NCBI GenBank assembly: GCA_012026655.1
Contig: JAAILG010001041.1
Location: 1 to 64,000, forward strand
Direction: 5' to 3'
Length of the DNA stretch: 64,000 nucleotides
From: Hydrolagus affinis
Taxonomy: Eukaryota
Positions 37,441-48,720 of the stretch are shown here, in pieces. The translations under genes and the position numbers were made by a program. The first letter of the stretch is position 1, and the number at the start of each line of letters is the position of its first letter. The notes beneath the pieces were generated by a model. It worked only from the letters and a program-made list of their open reading frames with translations, was not told the origin of the DNA and did not search any database.

Positions 37441-38269
37441 AAGTCAATGAATGAACAGATTAGTTGGTGATTCCAAAAGTAGCAGAACGCGAATTATGTT
37501 GTTTTTTGTTTTCGGTTCCTTTGGGTTTCTTTTATTTTTTTGAAAGAAAAGATTTTTTTAAATAAAAAAGCCTTTGATTTTTAGAACATATTCATCACTT
37601 GCAATCCAGGGGAATACCCAATAATATTTTTTTTTAAATATGGGGAGCGGTGGGGGTTTGGGAGGGGGGTGGGGGGGTGCGGCGGGCAGATTGTTTGTGT
37701 AGCACTCGCTGGCCGAGGTGCTTTCGTACAAACATATCTTTTTATAAATCTCACAGGATCCCACATGATCCATACTGGGGGGTGGGGTTGGGCAATTAAT
37801 CTTCTGAGATCCTGTGCAGGACAAAATGTCAGTTCCTGCAGGATTTGTACTATTTTAGACAATCTAATAGGATCCTGTTGTACAATTTCAAAGCCCTAAG
37901 TGATTTTTGGCCAACACTCGGCTCACAAATAGCCTTTTACAGTATAAGCACTTGGCCTTTAACCCACTATTTATTCAGATTAGGTCAAGAGCGATTTGAA
38001 GGCAAGCCTGCCTCAACCTAACCTAGAGGGTATGTGGGGAGGAGAGAGAGAGCTTCAATACTGAAGCTCCCTAGTTAGCCTCCTTGCCAAACAATTCCTT
38101 CACCTAAGATCAGGCAGCTTTGCGCAAATAAAACTGAGCAGCCAATTTATAGGAAAAATGTGTATTTTTCTTTTATCTTTTATCAGAAGGATGAGCAATT
38201 GTGTCCGTGAGGGATTTTTTTCTATGTGTTATGTTATTTATATGTGTGTATGTATAGATAATATATGTA

Positions 38270-38323
38270 GAGAAATATATATATGATATATATGATATAT
38301 ATATATATATATATATGATATAT

Positions 38324-38364
<41 letters not shown>
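38270..38364. repeat. Interrupted (TA)n microsatellite
   Basis: Read directly from the sequence. Confidence 0.95.
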
Positions 38365-38367
<3 letters not shown>

Positions 38368-38954
38368 CATGCTTTATCAACTGCTGAGCTTTCTTCATTA
38401 CAGCCCTATCCAGACAGCATCAAAATAAAGCCGGCATCTCCAGACTTATTTAACATTAGTCGGGATTATTATTAATTTTAAAAACAATCCGCGAGCCTTT
38501 GAACAAATAAAGTGTGACATTTACCATTTGTGTTTTACATGACTGCTATATTACAGCTCTGGAAAAAAATCAATACGGACCCCGGGTGTGGAGACAGTGA
38601 TGAGGTGGAGAAGCAGGCAGGTTTTCTCTGTGTGTTTTTTTTTGTTTGCCTCCTAACGCTCCACACTTCATTTCTTCGCTTTTGTCATCTGGCCTCCCTT
38701 AGAGTCCTTGTCATCTCTGCGCACAGGAAAGTCATTAAAAAACCCTTACAAAGTCATTTCCTTTTTTTGTTGTCCACAGGCACCAGGGGAGGGCTGCCGT
38801 CTGGTGGCTTTGGAATCACTTTGACCTTGGTGTCCTTATTTTATTTATCCTCCCGCTCCCTCTCCCTCTCTCTCTCTCTCCCTCGCTTTCACCCCTTAAT
38901 TTTTTCGTTCCTCTGCTATCCACCTCCCGCTGCTCCTCCTTCAACCTCTACGAA

Positions 38955-39300
38955 CCAAACCCCTTTGGTCAATACCATTGTTCAATCGCCCCCCTTTATA
39001 ATGTGCTCAAATTAGGTAAATAAGTGCAGTGCGCTGATGTGATGACCCAATGCATTATTCTCATTAATATTGCATTTGCACCCAGCTTCCGAGCTTCCTC
39101 CATGTCCAGCTGTCTCCACTGGTCCCTGTGACACTGGTGGCAGATTCGTCCTCTCTTGTTAATCCAGAGAGAAGTGATGCTATGGATATCGTGTGAATGC
39201 AGCCAGTGCATTTCTGCTTTGACTAAATAGTCGGAATTGAACATAATGCAATGGCCGCTTACTAATTAAGTGAATCGGCCTCGTGTGACGGGATGTTATC
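38955..39300. promoter_or_regulatory. Candidate conserved non-coding element
   Basis: High-complexity, repeat-free block after a CT-rich tract, with Sox CCATTGTTC, forkhead GTAAATA, POU-like ATTTGCA and TAATTA motifs. Conservation not tested. Confidence 0.35.
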
Positions 39301-41797
39301 TGTTTTGCTGTTTTTAAATTTTAAAGAAAATGAAACTCTGATATCAAAGGTCATTCGAGAATTAAATAAAACAAAAAGCAATTTTAGTTTTGAATAATTT
39401 AGGATAAGTTGAATGAAATCCTTCGGTGCTTGTTTTTTTTTAACGTGGTCAGCAGAAACAAAAAAAACGTATGTTCGCGTATCTATATGTTCTCAGCAAA
39501 GTCAATCCACATGATGGCTGACTCAAACAGAAGCGTCCTGCTCACATGGTTCAGCCCCGCTTGTTTTTTTTAATGAGAGAAAAAAAATAGCGAAAAAAGC
39601 AGCTTCATCCTTTTTTTTAACCATTAACCTTCTTACGCATTTGTCTTATCACCAGAGGAAGCTGGTCTTATTCTGCTCAAGGTCTAGATAACCTGAAATA
39701 AAGTCCACATCCAATGTCTTGGCTCCTGCTTGAGAGAAAAGCAATAAATACAAAGAAATACAAAAGAACTGTCTGTGAGAACGCTCTCGTTTTTAAGCTT
39801 TGTAGGATGTTGTTGTGACTATGACCTCTGCTAAGATTTACCAGCCCACAATTCATCAGTTTTTTAGGGAAATTCCCTCTTCTCGTCGGCTTTGTTTACT
39901 GTAAAACTTGAGTGAAGTATTCGGGATAAGTAACTCTTGCTTTGGCATTCTCCTATCAGAGAAACAGTTTATGAGTGAGTCCTGAAGCAAACACCCTCTC
40001 TATCTCCCCACCCACCGAAAGATAGAAACTTTTGTTCACCAACGAAGTACACAGTCGCTGCTCCTTGTAGTACTGTATATCCTGTGAATTGAAAGGCACT
40101 GTATCACAATCTGAGCGTTATTTTTAGTAGTATGATAAAACATAGAAAATCATTAACTTGTATTTTTTTTATATAAATAACAAAAAAGCACATTTTTGTA
40201 TAAAATGGCTGCAAACTGTTGTAAGTCATGGAAAGGGCTTTGTATGTTAAATACTGAACCGTCCAAATCGCTTCTTACCTATCATTTTATCTCTTTATTG
40301 TATAAGTGTCATTCATTTTTGTATGTTATCTTCCAATTCCTTAAATGTCTGATAAAATAAGCGTCTAGTGACTTTTTCTTGCGGATGATAACAGTCGTGG
40401 TGAGGTAGCAAAGGCTAAAGGTCCCCTCAGCTGTGTGCTGATTGGTTATCTGCATTCTGCACTGACATTTGTGCAAACTCATCAGAAATTCTAAATACTG
40501 CATGTGTAACCCATAGGTTTATTTACACTTGATGGAGGCACAGCTTTCATTGTTAGCACAAATATAATATATGCGCCCCTCTACCCTTTCTTCTCGGGGC
40601 TAGAAATGATAGCGTTAGGTTGCACCCATCCCCTACTATATTAGATGTCCCTATTGCTAGACTTTTGAATTTCTCGAATTCATCGCATTCTATTTAGCGC
40701 TGATTATGTTTTGTTTTCCGTCGTGCATTCCGATGAACGGAAGAAAACCTCCCTTTGTGTAAAGCATCTTATGCGACCTCGTCGCTTGTGTCGTTTCCAT
40801 TTGATTGTCTGTGAATTGGCACCCCGTTTACAGGCAGAAGCAGCAGTTACAATGCGATTGTGTGCGTAACAAAGAATGAAATTCTCACTCGCAACACAGA
40901 TATGTGTATCATAGGGTGTTTGAGGGTTTCAAACGGATACATGAGAAGGAGTGACATTTCAATAGACTCTTGCCTATGGTCACCTCCTCTTTCTGCTCCC
41001 TCGCTCGCTCTGTGTCGAAACCCAGCCTCGTGCAGTGATCCATGATGCTGTCCTGCCTGAAGGGTGCGAGAAATGCAAGTTGTTGTTGCTACCTTGGTTG
41101 TGTTGAATGGAGGCCGCTGGATGAGGCAGATCAGACAGCTGGCCTCCCTTGGTATATTGCTACATGCTCATCCGAGAATGCTTTCTTCATGTGGGGAGGG
41201 AGTGCACTTAATCTTCTCGTCCGGAGGTGAATGCTGTTCGAGGGTATGAGAAGTAGTGAGATTATGGGGTCTGAAAGGAGGGATTGGGGTGGGGTCATAA
41301 ACTGATTTGAGAACTGTAAGCAGGGAGAATTGCTTCCACGGTACAACTGAATTGAACAGTTTTCCAAATTTCTGCCTGATCATCTGTTTTAAAGCCAGGG
41401 TCTGAATTTCAAGCCTGGGGTTCACGCTGAAATGAAAGGCAGCTCAGCTCATCTCAGATCAGCTTAGTTCCGACCACGGGAAGAAATTCAAATGAGATGC
41501 AAAGCAGATCAATGTGGTCCGAATTACAAAGGTCCAGAGATGAAATTCACTGAATTTTATTTGGCAACATCGACTGGGCCAGTCTCCTTCTATTATCCCA
41601 TTTCATCCTATTTCTGCAAAAAAAAGGAAACTATAAATAACACAAACTGAAAATTGTTTTATTTTGCTGCAGGACTGCTGAGTTAAGTATTTTCTTAAAG
41701 TGGATATGAAAAGACACAATAAATGAATAAATATATATAGATATATAACATACTTATAACCCGACGCTGAACAAAAATTAACATTAGGATTTCTGTG

Positions 41798-42090
41798 GGT
41801 TTTGCCCACAAAATATTCAATCAATTCACTTTACCGTATATTCTGTGAAGCACTTTGGATGTCCTGTTCGATTGTGCCACCCTCCCACTTCTCTCCCTCC
41901 TCCCTGCCCTGCCCCTGCCCCTCCCCTGCCCCCTCCCACCTCCCCCGTGCTTGGGTCCCGATCCCTGACTGTTCAGCGCCTTGGGACCCACTCCCGATGT
42001 GAAAGGCGCTCTATAAATGTAATTTTGTTGTTGTTGGTTTTTGTTGTCTCGAAGATGAGGCGACATACCAAATACAAGGATTTATTATTA
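41798..42090 (+). mobile_element. SINE 3' end split by a nested L2 3' end (41864-42044)
   Basis: The SINE reads ...TTCTGTGAAGCACTTTGGATGTC, then the L2 (CTGTTCGATTG, C-rich UTR, CAGCGCCTTGGGAC...TTG tail), then TGTCTCGAAG...CAAATACAAGGATTTATTATTA. TGTC is duplicated at 41860-41863 and 42045-42048. Confidence 0.8.
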
Positions 42091-42719
42091 CACGTACTGT
42101 ACTTTAAAAATGAGCCGGTGAGTTGGGGATATTTTCCGCGATTTGTTGAATAAAAGGTCCCCACAGTCAATAGAGTTTAACTTTGCTCCTTCTCTCGAAA
42201 CTGTGGCATGGAACTGAACACAGCTTCAATGAACATGCAAATTCAGAGGACCTGCTGCAGATGTATTCACATAAAAGGCCAACAGCTGCTCACAGATTAC
42301 GTAAAACTGTGCTTAAAACTGAAAGAGCCTAAGAGTGAAAGAGTCTGCATCGCTGCAACTCAAGTGAAAGGAAACGACCCACAGGATACAGGGCTGCAGC
42401 TACACATGCCACGTACAAAACGGAGACAGTGGCTCCCTCCAACATTGTAATTATATTCTATTAGACTGGAGAAAATACATTTTCCATGGTACTAATTGTA
42501 CTGGAATGAAAACAATAGGGCACAGCGTGCAGGCACAGAGGAAATGAAAGCCCAACTGGGCACATTGTTGTGGCAAATCAGAAACTTGCCAAGACGTAAG
42601 GGACTGTACTTTGTACTGTACATCTGGGACACATTTTTCTTTTCATGTTTGTCATTCTCTCATTATCATCGCTTTAAAAGCCAAATTCTCTCGGAATTGT
42701 TCTCGTTCTCTCTTCCACC

Positions 42720-42966
42720 TCAACCCACCCCACCCTAACCCCCCACCACCCTGTCTTCATCTCCCTACCCACCCCCACCCCCCCCCCCACCACCCAACAA
42801 CCCTCCCCACCCCCACACACACACTTTCCTGTTTATTGTTCCATCATTGCCCTCCTTCTGCAGCTGGTGAGAAGTAACAGCGGACTGGGTTTATTTTGCA
42901 ATGGAGTTTCTTTCATTCTTCCTCTTTCTCTCTCTCTCCCTCTCCCTCTCTCTCTCTCTCTCTCTT
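42720..42966. repeat. C-run tract and (CT)n microsatellite
   Basis: C runs at 42720-42815 and (CT)n at 42925-42966. Confidence 0.9.
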
Positions 42967-43861
42967 TACTTTGATCTTCCAACTCGCTCTGGATTTTGTT
43001 CCCGTAACATAACTCAGGCAACGTTCACAACCCCACGGTCGCTTGTTAGGCGTCACCTGTTTTCAGTAACCCCAAACCCTCGCTGGGAAAAGGTGCGTCT
43101 TGACAGCAGAAAGCCAACCGCAGCGGACAACAGCAAGGACCTGCTGGATGAAAGAGAACCTTTAATAAATAACAGCACAAAGGCCGTTAGGGTTTTTTTT
43201 TATTTTGTTTTCATCTTCGGGGAGCCATTGTGAATACAAAGGGCAGTTAACCAATCTCAGTGCATAAAATGTATCCCCTCCCCCGCTGCTCCCGAGCACT
43301 ATATTGTTATTTTTGTATTTGATTTACTGCATCTTCAAGGGAATAAAATACAGGCACAGTGTACTTTGCATTTATGTGGCCTGGCAGGAAGGTATTAGTG
43401 GGAATATATCAATTGCACGTATTCGAAGAGGATTTCTTTTGGCTCTTACATTCCTCCAATTGCATTTCCTCGCCGAGGCATTTTGTGCTGTCTTTGTGAG
43501 TACCTCCCTCCCATGCCCTCTGTTGATTCCATTTTTCTTGATCACCCCTGGATATGTACGCTATTTAAAGATGTTTTGTATCATCAAGCGTATTAGATCA
43601 AAGCCACAGTAACCCTCTTTCAAATGGACCTGCTTGTGAATTTCAAGGACTTGGTATCAATCACCCAGTATCCTCTTAGCGCAGTACTTGGTCTGATCTT
43701 TTAGCTGCTTCGGGAGTAAGTGAGTTAAATCACAATTAAATCGTGTTCAGATGTAAAAGCAAGAGGCCGATAATGACAGGGAAGGGGGTTTGATGCAATT
43801 TGTTATTAAACCTAAGGGATGGTAGTGGTCAGCGAGATGGGTAAACGCAGCTTCTCTGAAT

Positions 43862-43985
43862 TGTTTCACCCACAAAATACAGTCAATATACTTTACAGTA
43901 TATTTTATGAATCACTTCACAAAGACCTCTCAACAATCTGTTAAGGCGCTACATCAAATGCAAGGTTATTCTTCTTATTATTATT
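43862..43985 (+). mobile_element. SINE 3' end
   Basis: TGTTTCACCCACAAAATACAGTCAAT...AAGGCGCTACATCAAATGCAAGG(TTA)n. Confidence 0.8.
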
Positions 43986-44874
43986 GTTTGTATCTAAAGA
44001 AAGTGACCAGAGCACAAGTCCACCAAAGCCTTTTGTGTGATTTCTGAGTTTGTTAAGGAGAAGGTTTCATTGTGAATGATACCCTCTCTTGCAATTTTGC
44101 TTCTGTTCCAAAACGTTGGCTATCGTGTGGACTGTGAAGTTTTGTTAAAATGAGTCATACTGCCTCCCACGCAGAGAGAGAGAGAGAGGGTGGGGAGAGA
44201 GAGAGAAAGAGAGATACTTGGGCTCATTTGGGAAAAGCAGGTTACTTGTCTGGGTGTTTTCAGGGAGAGTTTATACAAGCAAACTCAAAGGAATCTGTGA
44301 TCATGAATATTTCTAAAATAGAACCCTATTTAATATTGTTCTTTGAGAAAGAGTTTTACTTCATAGGCTGGATTTAATCAGTTTTCAGTTTACGGGCTGC
44401 GGTCTGAATGACGAGCCTGTTCCATTCCTACAATTAAGGAATGACTGTAACCGCTTGCTTGCTACAAGTGCTACAAAGGTTATCTATATTACATGAGTGA
44501 TCAGAATATCTATGCACATTGGTACCTGGATGAGTTACAGTAAGCATTAGCTGGTGCAGATTTTATAACCCAACTTTACGCATCCTGCCACTGTCGAACA
44601 GTGAGGGCACGAGAGGGCAGTAAAAGCACATTGCGCCCCAGGCAGGGTGACATGTTCACATGTACACTTGCATTTTCATTGTTTTCAATCTGGGGGAGAA
44701 AAAAAAGACGCACATTTGATACAGAGTCTCGTCAAGTCAGCGTGTCTCAGTGCACATCACGCAATGAGTTATTTTGAAGCACGGCTGTCATTTTAGGGAA
44801 AACAGACAGCATTCATCCCACTAGCAGCATTGAAATGAAGGACCGAATTTAATTTATTCTGGTGTACTAGGATG

Positions 44875-45118
44875 AGGCAGGAATATTGACACCGACACTA
44901 CTGCAGCTTTCCTGCCCTTCTTTGAAACAATGCCAAGGAAACCCATCATAGCAGCCTGACTTCATCAGGATGTTTCAGTCAAAGGACAGCACCTCTAACC
45001 CAACGATGGAGCGCTCCCTCAGTGCCACACTGGAGTATCTAAATTGATGATGGGTTTGGTTCCTGATGTCAAGGCTTGAAACCCAAATCCTTTGACTCAG
45101 AGATCTCAGTGCCAGCAA
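44875..45118 (-). mobile_element. Deu-domain SINE 5' part
   Basis: CTTCTTTGAAACAATGCCAAGG...GGACAGCACCTC...CTCCCTCAGTGC...GGCTTGAAACCCA...TGACTCAGAG. Confidence 0.65.
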
Positions 45119-46227
45119 ATTGTGTCTCATCGAGACTGGTGTAAGGTGCCAATCCAATTCTGGCCTAACCTCAGCTGCTACCCATCTCTTTTTGTAATAG
45201 GCAGCAGATCCTTCAATATCAATATCATATGTCTATCCATATCTATATCAAATGCAAGGATTATTATTATTATCCTTCAAATGAAGAAGCCACCTCACCT
45301 TAATAATGTAAACCTGATAGTGCTTTTTGGGGAATGAAAGCACAGAATAAAAATATCTCAGATATAACTATGATATTTTCTGAGTCCCAGTCTTTTGGGA
45401 AGTCCACCCGATGTGAAAGACGTTATACAAATGTAATTTTGCTGTTGTTGCTGTTGTTTTTGCACCATCCAATTCAGTAATCGGTCCATTTTTCCCACTG
45501 TTCATTTATTTACATATTCAGTGCAATCTTGTGCGTTGAAAGTATCAGCAGTTAATTTACAATGACTACTTCTAAGAATTAAGGATCCTTTCATTGGAAA
45601 CGTCCTTCAGTTTGTCGACAAACACACAGTCGCTACACTTTACAGTGAATCCACTGAAGTGTTTTAAGATCTTTTGATGACCACGGGGAGGGGGGATTAT
45701 GATATGAATAAAATAAGTACAGAGTCAGGTATATAAATCAAGGTGACGCTGTGTGAGCGATAAGAAGCACTTTCACTACAAAGAAATTCCAGTTGATAAA
45801 GAAAGCCTCTCTGTTCACAGGCATAGTTGTGGTGTCTGATTTCACCATAGCGTGGAGCGAGGACTCCTGTTACAGTCCAGACCCTCTGCCATCCTGCGAT
45901 TCATTCAGCTTCGAGTTTACTTCCCTGCTCCAGCTTGCCGGTAGGTTCACTTTTACTATATCCTAAGAACACAACTTTCTTTCTGCCCCCTGGATGCTTT
46001 CAGTCACTGTATGTAGATGAACTCCGACATTAACTTTTCTTATCTTGGTGAAGTGTAACTTAACAAGGGAATTTCAACATGTTGTGCAATGGAGCTTTGT
46101 TGATTTTTTCAAATGAAAATATGACTTGTATTCATTTTTTTAGAAAATGAAATGGTCTATTCAAGACAATTTAATGTCCCAGATGGTTGTACTGAAAAGG
46201 TTGTTTCCCTGTAATTCATCTAGTCAG

Positions 46228-46715
46228 CCCGCTAAGTTGATGGTTCTTTTGAGTCAGAAAGTCGTGGGTTCAAGCGCGCTGGGTTTTCAGCTCCCACTTT
46301 AGGTTGAAACTCCTATGTAGTGTTTGGTGAGTGCTGCATTGTTGGGGGTACCTTCTCACGGATGAGATGTTATGTCGAGTTCCCGTCCGCTCAGGTGGAC
46401 ATTAAAGATCCCCACGGCTCTACTCAAAAAGAGACGGGGGATTTTCACCATGTCCTGGCTTATGAACGCCCAGCTAAAAAAAATTGGTTATTCACTTAGA
46501 ACATAAGAATTTGCTAGGTAAAAGAAGACCAAGGTCCACTGAGTTCATGTTACATCATCCTGGCAGTCACTTGACATGTCATGTCCCAAACTATAAACAG
46601 TATCCCGAGATATTATTTTCATAGCTACTACTTGTTGTGTTCGCCAACACACCACCCATTCACAGAAAAACTCGTGAAGTGATAAAGTGCTGTTTCAAAT
46701 GCAAGGATTATTATT
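46228..46715 (+). mobile_element. Deu-domain SINE, long form, with a nested minus-strand CR1 tail (about 46497-46560)
   Basis: Head TGAGTCAGAAAGTCGTGGGTTCAAG; Deu core GGATGAGATGTTA...CTCAGGTGGACATTAAAGATCCCACGGC; insert AGAACATAAGAA...AGAAGACCAAGGTCC; tail CAAATGCAAGGATTATTATT. Confidence 0.8.
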
Positions 46716-47270
46716 TCACTGAGTGATTGATGAACATTTGTTGTTTGTTTTTGATGAAATAATCAAAATGCAATTTCAGCAAAGCAAAACCTCTTCTGGC
46801 CCAGTGTGTTCAAGGTCATTTCCCCCTTCCCAGGTGGCATGTTTTATGTGCCACTTAAAAGGCTCCATCTCCACTTTTTAATAGGGCCGATGCATTCACG
46901 CAAAAAAGTTTCTCCTAAAAATTTTTCCTTCCAACACCCTCCACAGTTAATGTTCTTGGTGGGTAAGGTGTTGGGTGCCAGATGTTTTAAGCCCCAAGAA
47001 TTGCATTTTGGTGTCCTTTCTTCCCGATGACGTCCTGTACAATTGATGTGATGCGTTTAATTGTGTTGTGGATGCATACAAACGATACAATGGTTGCAAT
47101 GACAGCCTTGAAATGGACTTGGTGAAAGACCGCAGGCGTTTAAACCGATAATCATTCAAAATATCATTCAAGAAGAAAACGATTCAAATTGTGATCATTT
47201 CTTGGAAAAACATTAAACCATTTAAAACACCTGTGTGCTATGTATAACCGCAGGTAATTAAGCTTAAGCC

Positions 47271-47347
47271 AATCATAAAATCATAAAATTATACAGCACA
47301 GAAGGAGGCCATTCGGCCCATCGTGTCTGTCCTGGTTCTTTGAAAAG
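47271..47347 (-). mobile_element. CR1-type 3' tail with an 8-bp terminal repeat
   Basis: AATCATAA x2, then TTATACAGCACAGAAGGAGGCCATTCGGCCCATCGTGTCTGT. Confidence 0.75.
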
Positions 47348-48374
47348 AAAATATATGGACTGATTCTCAAATCCAGGGCAGAAGTAATATGGTAATATAA
47401 TAAAGATTTATTTGGGTGTTCACCTAATCAAAGTGTGGGATCCAGGACTCTTGATTTAAGTCGCAGAATCCTTTAGCAACAAATTCCACACTGATTAAAC
47501 ATTGTGCAGTGTTTCGAGCTGCTGTTATGTGCGTGAACACAAAGTGAATTGAAGTGTTTCCATAGTACAGTTCAGCTCCCCAAATCTCTCACTGGGGTCC
47601 AATATGTGATGATATTCCAACAGGAATCTTCAGTGAGGAAAGCAGATATCTGCCTTGCTGACCTATGGGAATTTAGCTTTGAGACGTCATGGAGTGAAGT
47701 TCCTACCAGTCAGGTCATACATCCCTGGTTTACAGAAGGAGGAATCCCATTAAAAAACCGCCTCCCTCATAGTGAAGCTTCCATCAAGCGATCATTTATA
47801 AAGTTTTGTGTGTGTGTGTGTGTGCGTGTGTGCATGATGGGGAGGAGTTAGCTCGCACGCCACAACCCAAGCTTCCTCTATGAAATGTGGCCATGCACTT
47901 CAATAAATAAAATCTGCTGAATGCACACTTCGCTGCAGCTTCTGATTCTCGGTGCTTGCAAAACCAAACCCACATATATTTTTTGTGTGTGACAGCGCAT
48001 CGCGGGACAAGCTCCTTAATGGGACTGCCGAGAGGAAAAATGCATGTGTCACACAGGAAATGGATGAGAATTGGAAGGTCTGAGTTCTGTTGACTTACAG
48101 CAGGAGCTGTGATGTAGAACATTAGGAGTCGAAAACCCGGGAAAATTAGAGGATAGAATTATTCTCTTTCTTTTCCTTACCCAAGAGTTATATAGCATAT
48201 AATTGTGGTATGGTGCTATATCAAATGCAAAGATTATTATTATTATATATTTATAACTTTCCTGAATAAGGATAAAGAGGATATCGTGTATATGATCTTT
48301 CATATATTCTTTGTGTCTCTGATGAACAGGGTATTTTTGCCCAATTATTTTTCAGCCCAATTCACTTAGAATAG

Positions 48375-48720
48375 GAATAATCCTTGCATTTGATATAGCA
48401 CCTTGCCACAATTGGAGGATATCTCAAAATGTATCACAGGATTTTCAGTAAAGTGGCTGGGTGTTTTGTAAGAGAGCGAAGCATTCAATTTGTGCACAGC
48501 AATGCCCCTGAAACAGCCATGAAGTGAATGACGGGTTTTATACGGGGGAATTGTTGGCCAGGGCATTTGGAGAAACTCTCTTTCACTTTGAGTGGTGCCA
48601 TGGGATCTTCAATGTCTCCCTGAACAGGCAGTTGGGACCTCAGTTTGGCATCTCATTCAAAGGACATCATCTCTGACAACACAGTTCTCGCCCAGATTTG
48701 CATTGTAGTGTAATTTTAGA
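48375..48720 (-). mobile_element. Deu-domain SINE, long form; tail-to-tail with a plus-strand tail stub at 48209-48245
   Basis: AATAATCCTTGCATTTGATATAGCACC...GAATTGTTGGCCAGG...GTGCCATGGGATCTTCAATGTC. Confidence 0.8.
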
